Of a stretch of 33,332 nucleotides of DNA, positions 1-8,689 are shown one piece after another. This DNA is from a virus (Duplodnaviria > Caudoviricetes), in the IMG/VR virus record IMGVR_UViG_3300038674_000823, positions 1 through 33,332 of that record, one strand, 5' to 3'. The notes under the pieces were generated by a model, which saw only the letters and a program-made list of their open reading frames with translations, had not been told where the DNA came from and made no database searches. Positions within the stretch are counted from its first letter, which is position 1; every line of letters begins with the position of its first letter. Position numbers and translations under genes: made by a program.

Positions 1-743
1 TTCGCGTTGTAAAGGATGAGCGCGGAGAACCTTGGTTTGTGGCGAAAGATGTTTGCGATGTGTTGGAAATTGAAGATGCGAGAAAGTCCGTTGGTTACTT
101 GGATGAGGATGAGCGGACTATTAGTCCGGTCACGGATTCTCTAGGGAGACTGCAGGATACTTTTATCATCAACGAATCCGGGCTCTACTCGCTGATACTT
201 CGATCACGCAAACCGGAGGCACGGAAATTCCGCAAGTGGGTGACATCCGAAGTGCTTCCGTCCATTCGGAAAACGGGATCCTACGCAGCCCCCCAGACAT
301 ATCCGGAAGCCCTCCGCGCGCTGGCCAACGAATACGAAATGCGCGCCCTCGCCGAAGCCCAGCGCGACGAAGCCATCCGCACCAAGGCGCTCATCGGATC
401 GAAACGGGAGGCCACGGCCATGGCGACCGCCTCCGTCGCAAAACGCCGCGCCGAAGCCCTTGCCGAGAAAATCGGCGAAAGCGTCACCTGGAAAGCGGTC
501 AAAAGTATCCGGTGGCTGCTCGACATCTTCGCCGAAAGCAAGGGAATGTGGTCCTCCGTGGGAAAAAAGCTCAAGGCCCTGTCCGACGAAATGGGCTATG
601 ACGTCAGGACCATCGAAAACAGCGACTACGGACAAGTCAACGCCTACCACCGGGACGTCATCGCCCGCTTCAGGGCCAAGCTCAGCGCCGACCCCAACAT
701 GCTCGCCAAGTACCGCCGCGACGAAATGGAGCGGTCCGCATGA
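1..743 (+). CDS. BRO-N domain antirepressor (5'-truncated)
   Basis: Frame is open from base 3 (RVVKDERGEPWFVAKDVC). BRO-N motifs INESGLYSLILRSRKPEA and FRKWVTSEVLPSIRKTGSY, then a PQTYPEALRALA linker. The true start lies upstream of the window. Confidence 0.92.
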   Translation, partial: RVVKDERGEPWFVAKDVCDVLEIEDARKSVGYLDEDERTISPVTDSLGRLQDTFIINESGLYSLILRSRKPEARKFRKWVTSEVLPSIRKTGSYAAPQTYPEALRALANEYEMRALAEAQRDEAIRTKALIGSKREATAMATASVAKRRAEALAEKIGESVTWKAVKSIRWLLDIFAESKGMWSSVGKKLKALSDEMGYDVRTIENSDYGQVNAYHRDVIARFRAKLSADPNMLAKYRRDEMERSA

Positions 744-931
744 ACGCCGGGTCAGTCTCACCCGGGCGCCTTCTCGTCGTCGGTCAGTGCCTTGCCCGGG
801 ACGTCCCCGCGAGGATCTCCGCCGCCGTGTCGGCCGCCAGGATGATAGAGCGCATAAAAAACGCCCCCCGTGAGGGAGGCGAAACGGAAAGTGGAGCACC
901 AGGGCGCTGCAACGCCCTGACAAAAGTATAA
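740..931 (+). CDS. Hypothetical protein (63 aa)
   Basis: ATGA overlap with the preceding stop, and it fills the gap to the next ATG. No recognisable motif. Confidence 0.5.
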   Translation: MNAGSVSPGRLLVVGQCLARDVPARISAAVSAARMIERIKNAPREGGETESGAPGRCNALTKV

Positions 932-932
932 C

Positions 933-1055
933 ATGGCCGACCGTGCCCTGTGGCTTGCCGTCGGTGTGATCGGGGGCTTCTTCCTCTTCGGAGTGCTGTG
1001 GCTGCTCCGGGAGGAAGAGCGCTCCCGCAAAACGAAGGGAGGAAGCACCCCATGA
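933..1055 (+). CDS. Small single-pass membrane protein (40 aa, not in ORF track)
   Basis: Manual translation MADRALWLAVGVIGGFFLFGVLWLLREEERSRKTKGGSTP*. Starts 1 nt after the previous stop and its stop overlaps the next ATG (ATGA). Confidence 0.7.
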   Translation: MADRALWLAVGVIGGFFLFGVLWLLREEERSRKTKGGSTP

Positions 1056-1357
1056 CTGACATGGTCAACCTCGACCTCTCCACCATAGGCGACCTGAACG
1101 CCGAATGCGTCGCCCTCATCCCGTCGCTCATCAAAAGCCTGTACGACGGAAAATGTAAATCCAAACTCAACATCACCATCGAATTCAAGCGCATGGAAGA
1201 CTCTGAAACCGCCGTTGTGGTGGGCTATTCCGTGAAACCAGCCTATCCCAAGCGGGCCCAGAAAATGCTGTGCCGCACCGACCTCACGGGGAACCTCAGG
1301 ACCGAGCTCCCCGAGGGCCGGCAAATATCCATACTGCAATCCATAAAGGAGGCGTAG
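1052..1357 (+). CDS. Hypothetical phage protein (101 aa), probable partner of the downstream DUF2303-like protein
   Basis: GGGAGG RBS before ATG 1052 (MTDMVNLDL...). The ORF-track start at 950 overlaps the small membrane gene. Confidence 0.7.
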   Translation: MTDMVNLDLSTIGDLNAECVALIPSLIKSLYDGKCKSKLNITIEFKRMEDSETAVVVGYSVKPAYPKRAQKMLCRTDLTGNLRTELPEGRQISILQSIKEA

Positions 1358-1360
1358 TCG

Positions 1361-2098
1361 ATGAACGAGGCCACATTCCGGATACAGCCCCAGGTGGCGG
1401 AAAACGGCGACCTCACCATCAGGACGGGAAACGCGAACCCCGTATATCAATACAAAGGAGTAGACTACAGAGCCCTTTCCGTGCCGAGCTTCGCCGAACT
1501 GGTGAAACAAAAGGCCGTCCAGCCCAACGCCATCGTATTCTGTCACAAAGACGGATTCAGCGCGATACTGGACGATTCCGTCCGGGAACACCCCTTCGAC
1601 ACCGTCACATACAACTTCGCCTTTTCCACCCTCGCATCCGAATGGATGCCGGTGCTGAGCAAAGGAAAAGTCTACGACATCAAGGGGCTTGCCGACTTCC
1701 TCAAGCGCCGGACGCCCGGAGAAATCAAAGACATTGAAGGGCTGGTCTACGCCGTGCAGAACTTCCGGTACGTCACGAACATCTCCGGAGACTTCACCTT
1801 CGCCGACAGAAACAACTACGTCTTCTCCGTGAAGGTGGACGAAGCTGAAACCACCGTAAAAGTCCCCAAGACGATCAACGTCTCTCTCGCGCTCCTCGAC
1901 GGCGACGACGCCATCTCCGCCATGGAAATAGAAGTGGAAGTCCACCGGCCGGCAAACGCAGCGGAAAAGCCGGGCTTCCTGCTCTCGTGCCCCAAGTTCG
2001 AACGCTACCTCGACGAAGCGAAGGCAGGGGCGCGGAACACACTCCGAGAGCTCCTGAAGGGGTGGCTCGTGGTGGACGGCGAACCATCGGCCAGATAA
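1361..2098 (+). CDS. DUF2303/YfdQ-like phage protein
   Basis: AAGGAGG RBS, 245 aa. Length, the pattern (AILDD, EW, LADFL, VPKTINVSL, VVDG at the C-terminus) and the small upstream partner resemble the YfdP/YfdQ arrangement. Family call is by eye. Confidence 0.6.
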   Translation: MNEATFRIQPQVAENGDLTIRTGNANPVYQYKGVDYRALSVPSFAELVKQKAVQPNAIVFCHKDGFSAILDDSVREHPFDTVTYNFAFSTLASEWMPVLSKGKVYDIKGLADFLKRRTPGEIKDIEGLVYAVQNFRYVTNISGDFTFADRNNYVFSVKVDEAETTVKVPKTINVSLALLDGDDAISAMEIEVEVHRPANAAEKPGFLLSCPKFERYLDEAKAGARNTLRELLKGWLVVDGEPSAR

Positions 2099-2118
2099 AG
2101 GCGAAAGGAAAACACCCC

Positions 2119-2481
2119 ATGACCGAAACGACGCAGCCCATGCGGAAAGTATACATAGGCCACCCCCTTCGGGGGCCCGCCCCCGCAGAAAAGGCCCGGA
2201 TCATAGCGAATATCCTCTCCGTCTCGAGGATATGCCTGCGCCTCATTCACGACGAGCCCGACATCCTCATCCTCAGCCCGATCCACGCCTTTTTCTTCTA
2301 TGACCCCGAAGGGGACCAGACGGCCGTCCTGTCAAAGTGCCGGGCGCTCCTCGCCCTGGCTGACGAAGCCAGATTCTACGGCGACTGGCGCGCATCCGAA
2401 GGATGCCGGATGGAAATAGACCATGCCCGCGCCCTCGGCATTCCGGTACTCTTTCCGGAGGATCCCCATGGCGGTGATTGA
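2119..2481 (+). CDS. DUF4406-like / nucleoside 2-deoxyribosyltransferase-fold protein
   Basis: KVYIGHPLRG, LSPIH, LLALADE, GDWRASEGCRMEIDHARALGIPV motifs. AAAGGA RBS before ATG 2119. Confidence 0.8.
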   Translation: MTETTQPMRKVYIGHPLRGPAPAEKARIIANILSVSRICLRLIHDEPDILILSPIHAFFFYDPEGDQTAVLSKCRALLALADEARFYGDWRASEGCRMEIDHARALGIPVLFPEDPHGGD

Positions 2482-2695
2482 ATACGAACTCTTTGCCGCC
2501 GTAGGCAAATACACCGCGCAGGACGGCAGGAAACGGACACTGACCCGCAAAGTGGGCGAGGTGTGGACGCACAGCAGCGGCGAACGGTACATCCGCCTGG
2601 ACCCCTATTTCAACTTCGGCGCCGTGGAACGCAAGGCCGGATCGGACCGCATCTTCCTGAAAATGACGAAACCGGAGAACCCGCCGAATGGATAA
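2468..2695 (+). CDS. Hypothetical small beta-rich protein (75 aa), possibly nucleic-acid binding
   Basis: GGAGG RBS before ATG 2468. Sequence VGKYTAQDGRKRTLTRKVGEVW...YIRLD. Confidence 0.65.
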   Translation: MAVIEYELFAAVGKYTAQDGRKRTLTRKVGEVWTHSSGERYIRLDPYFNFGAVERKAGSDRIFLKMTKPENPPNG

Positions 2696-2789
2696 CCTGG
2701 ACAGCGTCGGAGTACTTATTCTTTGGTACTCCCTGTGCTGCTTCATCGGATGGTGGATTGCTGGCATCACGAACAAAGGAGGCACTACC

Positions 2790-3221
2790 GTGCTTGACGA
2801 TATCAGAATAACGCTCACATCCCCGGACCTTCTTCCCGTCCGGGCTCACGAAGGCGACGCCGGCGCCGACCTCAAGGCCGCCGAAGACACCATCATTCCC
2901 CCCGGGGAATACCGCACCATCCCGTCCGGGGTACGGATCGCCGTCCCCTTCCGCCATGTCGGGCTCGTCTTCTCGCGAAGCAGCCTCGCCGTAAAGAATG
3001 GACTTCGGCTGGCCAACTGCGTCGGCGTGATAGACCACGGATACACGGGAGAAATCGGCCTGCCCCTCTACAACGACAGCGACGCCCCCAGGATAGTCCG
3101 CCGGGGGGACAGAGTGGCCCAGCTCGTCCTGCTGCCCGTCGAACTCCCGTCCTTTGACGTGGTGGAAGCCCTCCCCGAAACGAAAAGGGGAACGGGCGGC
3201 TTCGGCAGCACCGGAATATAG
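2790..3221 (+). CDS. dut: Trimeric dUTPase
   Basis: All five motifs: AGADL, RSSLA, GVIDHGYTGEI, RVAQL, RGTGGFGSTG. AAAGGAGG RBS before GTG 2790. An in-frame upstream ATG exists at 2688. Confidence 0.95.
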   Translation: MLDDIRITLTSPDLLPVRAHEGDAGADLKAAEDTIIPPGEYRTIPSGVRIAVPFRHVGLVFSRSSLAVKNGLRLANCVGVIDHGYTGEIGLPLYNDSDAPRIVRRGDRVAQLVLLPVELPSFDVVEALPETKRGTGGFGSTGI

Positions 3222-3260
3222 AGGCCCGTCGACGGAGCGCTGATAAAAGGAGGTGACGCG

Positions 3261-5810
3261 ATGACAGATCTTGCGGCATACAGACGATTCGTAAATGACA
3301 AGCTCACACTGGCGGCACGGAGCGGCGTCCCGTGTGATCCAAAGGACATCAATCCGATCCTCAAACCGCACCAGAGGGACATCGTACAATGGGCCGTCGA
3401 GGGCGGGCAGCGGGCCATATTCGCGTCCTTCGGCCTCGGGAAGACAATGATGCAGCTGGAAATATGCAGGATCCTCCAGGCGAAAACAGGGGGGCGCACC
3501 CTGATCATCCTCCCCCTGGGTGTACGGCAGGAGTTCCGCAGGGACGCCGAAAAACTGGAGATCGACATTGAATTCGTCCGGCGAACCGAGGAAGTGGAGG
3601 CATCCGGGAAAAAACACTTCATGACCAACTACGAAAGCGCCAGGGACGGAAAACTGAACCCAGAGCTCTTCAGAGCTGTTTCCCTGGACGAGGCGTCCGT
3701 GCTCCGGTCCTACGGATCGAAGACCTACCAGGAATTCCTTCCGATCTTCGCCCCGTGCCGGTACAAATTCGTCGCCACGGCCACCCCTGCCCCGAACCGC
3801 TACAAAGAACTCATCCACTACGCCGGCTTCCTGGGAATAATGGATACGGGACAGGCCCTCACCCGTTTTTTCCAGAGGGACAGCACGAAGGCAAACCATT
3901 TAACCCTGTACCCTCACAAAGAAAACGAATTCTGGCTCTGGCTCCATTCATGGGCCATATTTCTTCAGCGCCCTTCCGAGCTCGGGTACTCCGACGAAGG
4001 ATATGACCTGCCGGAGATAAAGGTCTTCTACCACAAAGTCGAACGTGAAGGCGCCCTGCCGGTGGACAGGGACGGCCAGGTCTCCATGTTCTTTGACGCA
4101 TCGCTCGGAGTCAGGGAAGCCGCCAGAGAAAAGCGGGAAAGCATGGCCGCCCGCGTGGCAAAAATGGCAGAAATACTCGAAGGTGATCCTGACAGCCACT
4201 ATATCCTGTGGCACGACCTTGAAGCCGAACGGAACGCCATCAAAAAGGCCGTTCCCGAGGCCGTCGAAGTCTACGGATCGCTCGACCTGGACGAGCGGGA
4301 ACGCCGGATACTGGCCTTCTCGGACGGGCAGGTGAAATACCTGGCCACCAAGCCCGAGATCTCCGGCAGCGGATGCAATTTCCAGAGACATTGCCACAAG
4401 GCTATATTCCTGGGCATAGGCTACAAGTTCAACGACTTCATCCAGTCCATTCACAGGATACACAGATTCCTGCAGGACCATCCGTGCGATATCCATGTCA
4501 TCTACTCGGAATCTGAAGCCGAAGTGCTGCGGATACTGCTCCGGAAATGGGAAGAGCACAAACGGCTCATGGCCAACATGAGCGCGCTGGTGGAACGCTA
4601 TGGACTGAACAGGCTCTCCGTGGACGGGCTGACCCGCGCCATGGGAGTCCGCCGGAAGACAGAGCGGGGCACGCTTTGGCACGTCGCCCTGAACGACTGC
4701 GTCGAAGAAGCGGCGCTGCAGGAAGAAAACTCCGTCGGGCTGGTGGTCACATCCATACCCTTCAGCAACCACTACGAATACACCCCGAACTACTGCGACT
4801 TCGGCCACACAGACGACAACGGCCACTTCTGGCGGCAGATGGACTTCCTCACCCCGGAAATCCTGCGCATACTCCGCCCCGGGCGGCTGGCGTGCATCCA
4901 CGTAAAAGACCGGGTGCTGTTCGGCAGCGTAACCGGAGCGGGAGCGCCGACCATCTCTCCGCTCCATGCCGAAGCCATATTCCACCACATCAAGCACGGA
5001 TTCGACTACATGGGAATGATCACCGTGATAACCGACGTTGTGCGGGAAAACAACCAGACCTACCGGCTCGGATGGAGCGAAAACAGCAAAGATGGAACGA
5101 AAATGGGGGTCGGTTCGCCGGAATACATACTGCTCTTCCGGAAACCACAAACCGACCGGACCCGCGGATATGCCGACGATCCGGTGTGCAAGTCAAAGGA
5201 AGACTACAGCAGGGCGCGGTGGCAGGTAGACGCTCATGCATTCTGGCGCTCATCGGGAAACCGTCTCCTCTCCGCGGAAGAATTCAAAGCCCTTTCCTCC
5301 GGCGAACTGGGAAAGGCCTTCCGGGAAACGTCCAGGGGTCTGATCTATGACTACGGCGAGCACATCTCCCTGGGCGAAGATTTCGAACGGCGGGGCCGTC
5401 TCCCGGCGACCTACATGGCCATAGCTCCCGGGAGCTGGCATGACGACGTGTGGGACGACGTCAACAAAATGCTCACGCTCAACGGCGAACAGACGCACCG
5501 TGGCCTTCAGAACCACATCTGCCCCCTGCAATTTGACCTTGTTGACCGCCTGATAGTCCGCTACAGCAATGAGGATGATCTCGTATACGACCCCTTCGCG
5601 GGGCTGATGACCGTACCCTACAGGGCCATCCTGCTTCGCCGCCGCGGCGGAGGGTCGGAGCTATCGGAAGACTATTTCCGGGACGGCGTCAGATACCTGC
5701 GGATGGCCGAAACGGAGGCGCTTGCTCCCACATTGTTCGACCTGGAAGGCATCGGCCTTCCGTCTGAGCATGCCGGCCTCATGAAAAGGAGTGAAGCAAA
5801 CCATGACTGA
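3261..5810 (+). CDS. SNF2-like helicase fused to a beta-class amino (N4/N6) DNA methyltransferase
   Basis: N-terminal Walker A FGLGKT, DEAS, TATP, GCNFQ, QSIHRIHRF. C-terminal motif IV variant TSIPF, then HICP and motif I DPFAG. AAAGGAGG RBS. Confidence 0.88.
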   Translation: MTDLAAYRRFVNDKLTLAARSGVPCDPKDINPILKPHQRDIVQWAVEGGQRAIFASFGLGKTMMQLEICRILQAKTGGRTLIILPLGVRQEFRRDAEKLEIDIEFVRRTEEVEASGKKHFMTNYESARDGKLNPELFRAVSLDEASVLRSYGSKTYQEFLPIFAPCRYKFVATATPAPNRYKELIHYAGFLGIMDTGQALTRFFQRDSTKANHLTLYPHKENEFWLWLHSWAIFLQRPSELGYSDEGYDLPEIKVFYHKVEREGALPVDRDGQVSMFFDASLGVREAAREKRESMAARVAKMAEILEGDPDSHYILWHDLEAERNAIKKAVPEAVEVYGSLDLDERERRILAFSDGQVKYLATKPEISGSGCNFQRHCHKAIFLGIGYKFNDFIQSIHRIHRFLQDHPCDIHVIYSESEAEVLRILLRKWEEHKRLMANMSALVERYGLNRLSVDGLTRAMGVRRKTERGTLWHVALNDCVEEAALQEENSVGLVVTSIPFSNHYEYTPNYCDFGHTDDNGHFWRQMDFLTPEILRILRPGRLACIHVKDRVLFGSVTGAGAPTISPLHAEAIFHHIKHGFDYMGMITVITDVVRENNQTYRLGWSENSKDGTKMGVGSPEYILLFRKPQTDRTRGYADDPVCKSKEDYSRARWQVDAHAFWRSSGNRLLSAEEFKALSSGELGKAFRETSRGLIYDYGEHISLGEDFERRGRLPATYMAIAPGSWHDDVWDDVNKMLTLNGEQTHRGLQNHICPLQFDLVDRLIVRYSNEDDLVYDPFAGLMTVPYRAILLRRRGGGSELSEDYFRDGVRYLRMAETEALAPTLFDLEGIGLPSEHAGLMKRSEANHD

Positions 5811-5825
5811 TAAGAAGGTGGTGGC

Positions 5826-7286
5826 GTGATGGGTCTTGTCATCGATCTTTTCGCCGGTGGAGGAGGGGCCTCCGAGGGAATCCGAATGGCCCTTGGGCGA
5901 GACCCGGACATAGCGGTGAACCACGATCCTGAGGCCATCGCCATGCACATGGCGAACCACCCCGGGACGAAACACTACGTATGCGATATCCATGACGTTG
6001 ACCCGGCGGAAGCGTGCGGAGGCATTCCGGTAGATTTGCTGTGGGCAAGTCCGGACTGCACCCACCACAGCAAAGCGAAGGGGGGAAAGCCGAGGGACAG
6101 GAAACTTCGCTTCCTCGCCTGGGCTGTGGTGGACTGGGCGAAAAAGGTTCGCCCAGCCGTAATCTGCCTTGAGAACGTGGAAGAGTTTCGGAGCTGGGGC
6201 CCCCTTGATCCCAGCGGGTACCCCATCAAGGCCATGAAGGGGAAGATATTTGATTCCTTCACGACGAGCCTTCGGAATTTGGGATACTCCGTGGACTGGC
6301 GGGAGCTGCGAGCCTGCGATTACGGTGCTCCGACGACGAGGAAGCGGCTCTTCCTCGTCGCCCGTTGCGACGGGCGCCCTATCGTCTGGCCGAAGCCGAC
6401 ACATGGCCCCTGGGGGATTCCATTCCGGACGGCGGCTGACTGTATCGACTGGAGTATTCCCTGTCCCTCGATTTTCGAACGGGAACGGCCGCTGGCGGAC
6501 GCAACACTCCGGCGCATTACCAGGGGGATCGTTAAGTTCGTCCTTCAGAATCCGAGCCCCTTCCTGATCCAGTATCACGGTGAAACAGGCCCCAACCAGG
6601 TACGGGGGCAGAGCATAGACGAACCCCTCATGGTGGTGGATGCATCGCCTCGATACGCGATGATTTCTCCCGTTTTCACCGAACATGCGAACGCCTCGTC
6701 TCCACGGTGCATGCCGGCTGATGAACCCCTCAGGACGATTTGCGCCTCGCACTCCTTGCGAAGCACTACGGCGGCGTCACCGGTGCAAAAATCGATACAC
6801 CCCTTGGTACGGTCACAGGGGTGGACCATCATTCGCTGGTGGCGTGTCATCTCTTGAGGCAATTCGGGACATCTACCGGCTCCCCGATCGAAGCTCCAGT
6901 CGGAACGATTATGCCAGGGGGGGTGTGGCAAGACAGCGCTCGTAAGCGCGTTCCTCTCGAAATACTACGGTGCAGGGATCGGCGAGGAGGTCGAACGTCC
7001 CATAGGCACCGTCACAGGACACGACCGTTTCGGCCTCGTTACCGTGCAGGTGGACGGCGAGACCTGCGCCTTGGCGGACATTGGAATGAGGATGCTGCAG
7101 CCCCGCGAACTCTACCGGGCCCAGGGATTTCCCGAGGAGTATGTGATCGACCTGGATTTCGGAGGGAAACCGTTGACGAAGACAGCCCAGGTTCGCATGG
7201 TCGGAAATTCCGTGTGTCCTCCTGTGGCTGACGCAATTATCCGAGCGAATTTCCACGAGGCAAAGGCGTCCTCCAGGACGGCCTGA
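5826..7286 (+). pseudogene. DNA (cytosine-5) methyltransferase disrupted by two frameshifts
   Basis: Motifs DLFAGGGG, ASPDC, LENV, RKRL in the first frame. The middle segment (LAKHYGG...TIMPGG) is in another frame from about 6747 to 6923. C-terminal RELYRAQGFP and GNSVCPP return to the first frame. Confidence 0.85.
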
Positions 7287-7346
7287 CTTTCCGGCCTCCC
7301 AAAAAAGGGGGAAGGAAAACATTCTAGGAAAAGGTGGTGGTGGGAG

Positions 7347-7628
7347 ATGCCTGTCATCGAAAAAAAGCCCCCCGTAATATCCTGGGAAAGGGATGTCCCG
7401 GCAAGCTGCAAAACCTGCGGCGAATTCCGGTATGTATCCGCTCTGGCCTATGCCGCGCACGCCGACAAACGGGAAATCGAGCGGCTCATCGGCCAAATCG
7501 AGGCGATGAAAAACCACATCAACATCTTTCAGGACCTCGTCAGGGAAATCAGCGGGGAAAACAGAACCCGTCTCCAGGCCAAACTTGACGACCTTCGATC
7601 CTCTGCTGGAATGAGGTCCCGTCGATGA
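7347..7628 (+). CDS. Hypothetical protein (93 aa) with CxxC and coiled coil
   Basis: G-rich RBS-like upstream sequence, CKTC, helical C-terminal half. Fills the gap between the MTase and the replication gene. Confidence 0.6.
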   Translation: MPVIEKKPPVISWERDVPASCKTCGEFRYVSALAYAAHADKREIERLIGQIEAMKNHINIFQDLVREISGENRTRLQAKLDDLRSSAGMRSRR

Positions 7629-7666
7629 AAGCCAAACCTGAAGCCAACCTGTAGAGGAGTGATCCC

Positions 7667-8689
7667 ATGGCGTGGATACAGGCCCATCAAAGCCTGCCGA
7701 CCCACAGAAAGACGCTGCGCGCTGCCGACGCCCTGGACATTCCGCCGGTCTACGTCGTCGGGCACATGATCTCCCTCTGGCTCTGGGCCATAGACAACGT
7801 GCCCGACGGGAGCCTGGCCGGCATAACGCCGGGGATGATTGCCAGGGCCGCACAATGGACAGGCGAGGCGGCCCTGTTTTCGGAAGCCCTCCTGTCGGCC
7901 GGATTTTTTGAAGAAACGGGCGACGGGCTGAGAATCCGCAACTGGGAAGAATACTGCGGAAAACTGGTAAAGCGGCGGGAGCGCGATTCTGAGCGCGTAA
8001 AGAACTGGCGGGAAACTAAAAACGAACGCGACTGTAACGCAGACGTTACGCATAACAACGGCGTAACATTTTGGGAAGAGAAGAGTAGAGTAGATAAGAG
8101 AATAAAAACCAAGAACAAAATCTCTCCATCATCGGCTGACGCCGATGGACAGATTTTGACCCAACCGGCCCCCCCGGCTGAGAGTCCGTCCGAGGACGGA
8201 GGAGCGCGTCACAGCGATGACGGCATAGGGGACCGCGAGAGCACCGGAACCGTGCTGCCGGCATCTGCCCCTTCCACGGCGGACATTCCGGTTCCCCCGG
8301 CTGAGAACCCGTCCGAGGACGGAGGAGCGCGCCCTTGCGGGGGCGGCAGCGGGAACCGAAAAGGGGCTGATCTGGATACATTCGTCGAAACCAGATTTGC
8401 CGAATTCTGGCAGGGGTATCCGCTCAAGAAAGACAAAAACGCGGCACGGAAGGCCTTCCGGTCTGTGCTCATCGGAGCGGGCAGGAAGAAAATTCCCCTG
8501 GTCCTCTCCAACATGGAGCACCATCTGCAGGAGTACTGCGAGCAAGTCTCCGGACAGGACCCCAAGTACATCAAACATGCGTCTACGTGGCTGAGGGCCG
8601 TCGACTTTCTCGAACCGCCGCCGGACAACCCCGTGTCCGTAAGGGAAAGCCGGGAGTTTGTCCCCGTAGAGGACTGGGGTGAAGCCTGA
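7667..8689 (+). CDS. Phage replication initiator (lambda O-like architecture)
   Basis: N-terminal MAWIQ...LWLWA...IRNWEEY domain, low-complexity linker, C-terminal FAEFWQGYP-K-DK--A-KAF...YIKHASTWL domain. Directly upstream of the helicase. Confidence 0.85.
   Translation: MAWIQAHQSLPTHRKTLRAADALDIPPVYVVGHMISLWLWAIDNVPDGSLAGITPGMIARAAQWTGEAALFSEALLSAGFFEETGDGLRIRNWEEYCGKLVKRRERDSERVKNWRETKNERDCNADVTHNNGVTFWEEKSRVDKRIKTKNKISPSSADADGQILTQPAPPAESPSEDGGARHSDDGIGDRESTGTVLPASAPSTADIPVPPAENPSEDGGARPCGGGSGNRKGADLDTFVETRFAEFWQGYPLKKDKNAARKAFRSVLIGAGRKKIPLVLSNMEHHLQEYCEQVSGQDPKYIKHASTWLRAVDFLEPPPDNPVSVRESREFVPVEDWGEA
8033..8120. promoter_or_regulatory. Putative replication origin inside the initiator gene
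   Basis: GTAAC/GTTAC units (TGTAACG 8033, CGTTACG 8044, CGTAACA 8062) followed by a purine/A-rich tract at about 8073-8120. Confidence 0.55.
8171..8331 (+). repeat. 38-bp direct repeat x2, 123 bp apart
   Basis: CCCCCGGCTGAGA(GT/AC)CCGTCCGAGGACGGAGGAGCGCG at 8171-8208 and 8294-8331, 2 mismatches. Encodes PPAE(S/N)PSEDGGAR twice. Confidence 0.92.

Noticed and set aside
6855-6900. SECIS after the methyltransferase TGA
   Set aside because: Only a weak TCGGG/CCCGA pairing with a large loop, and the TGA lies in an out-of-frame scrambled segment, not at a Cys position.
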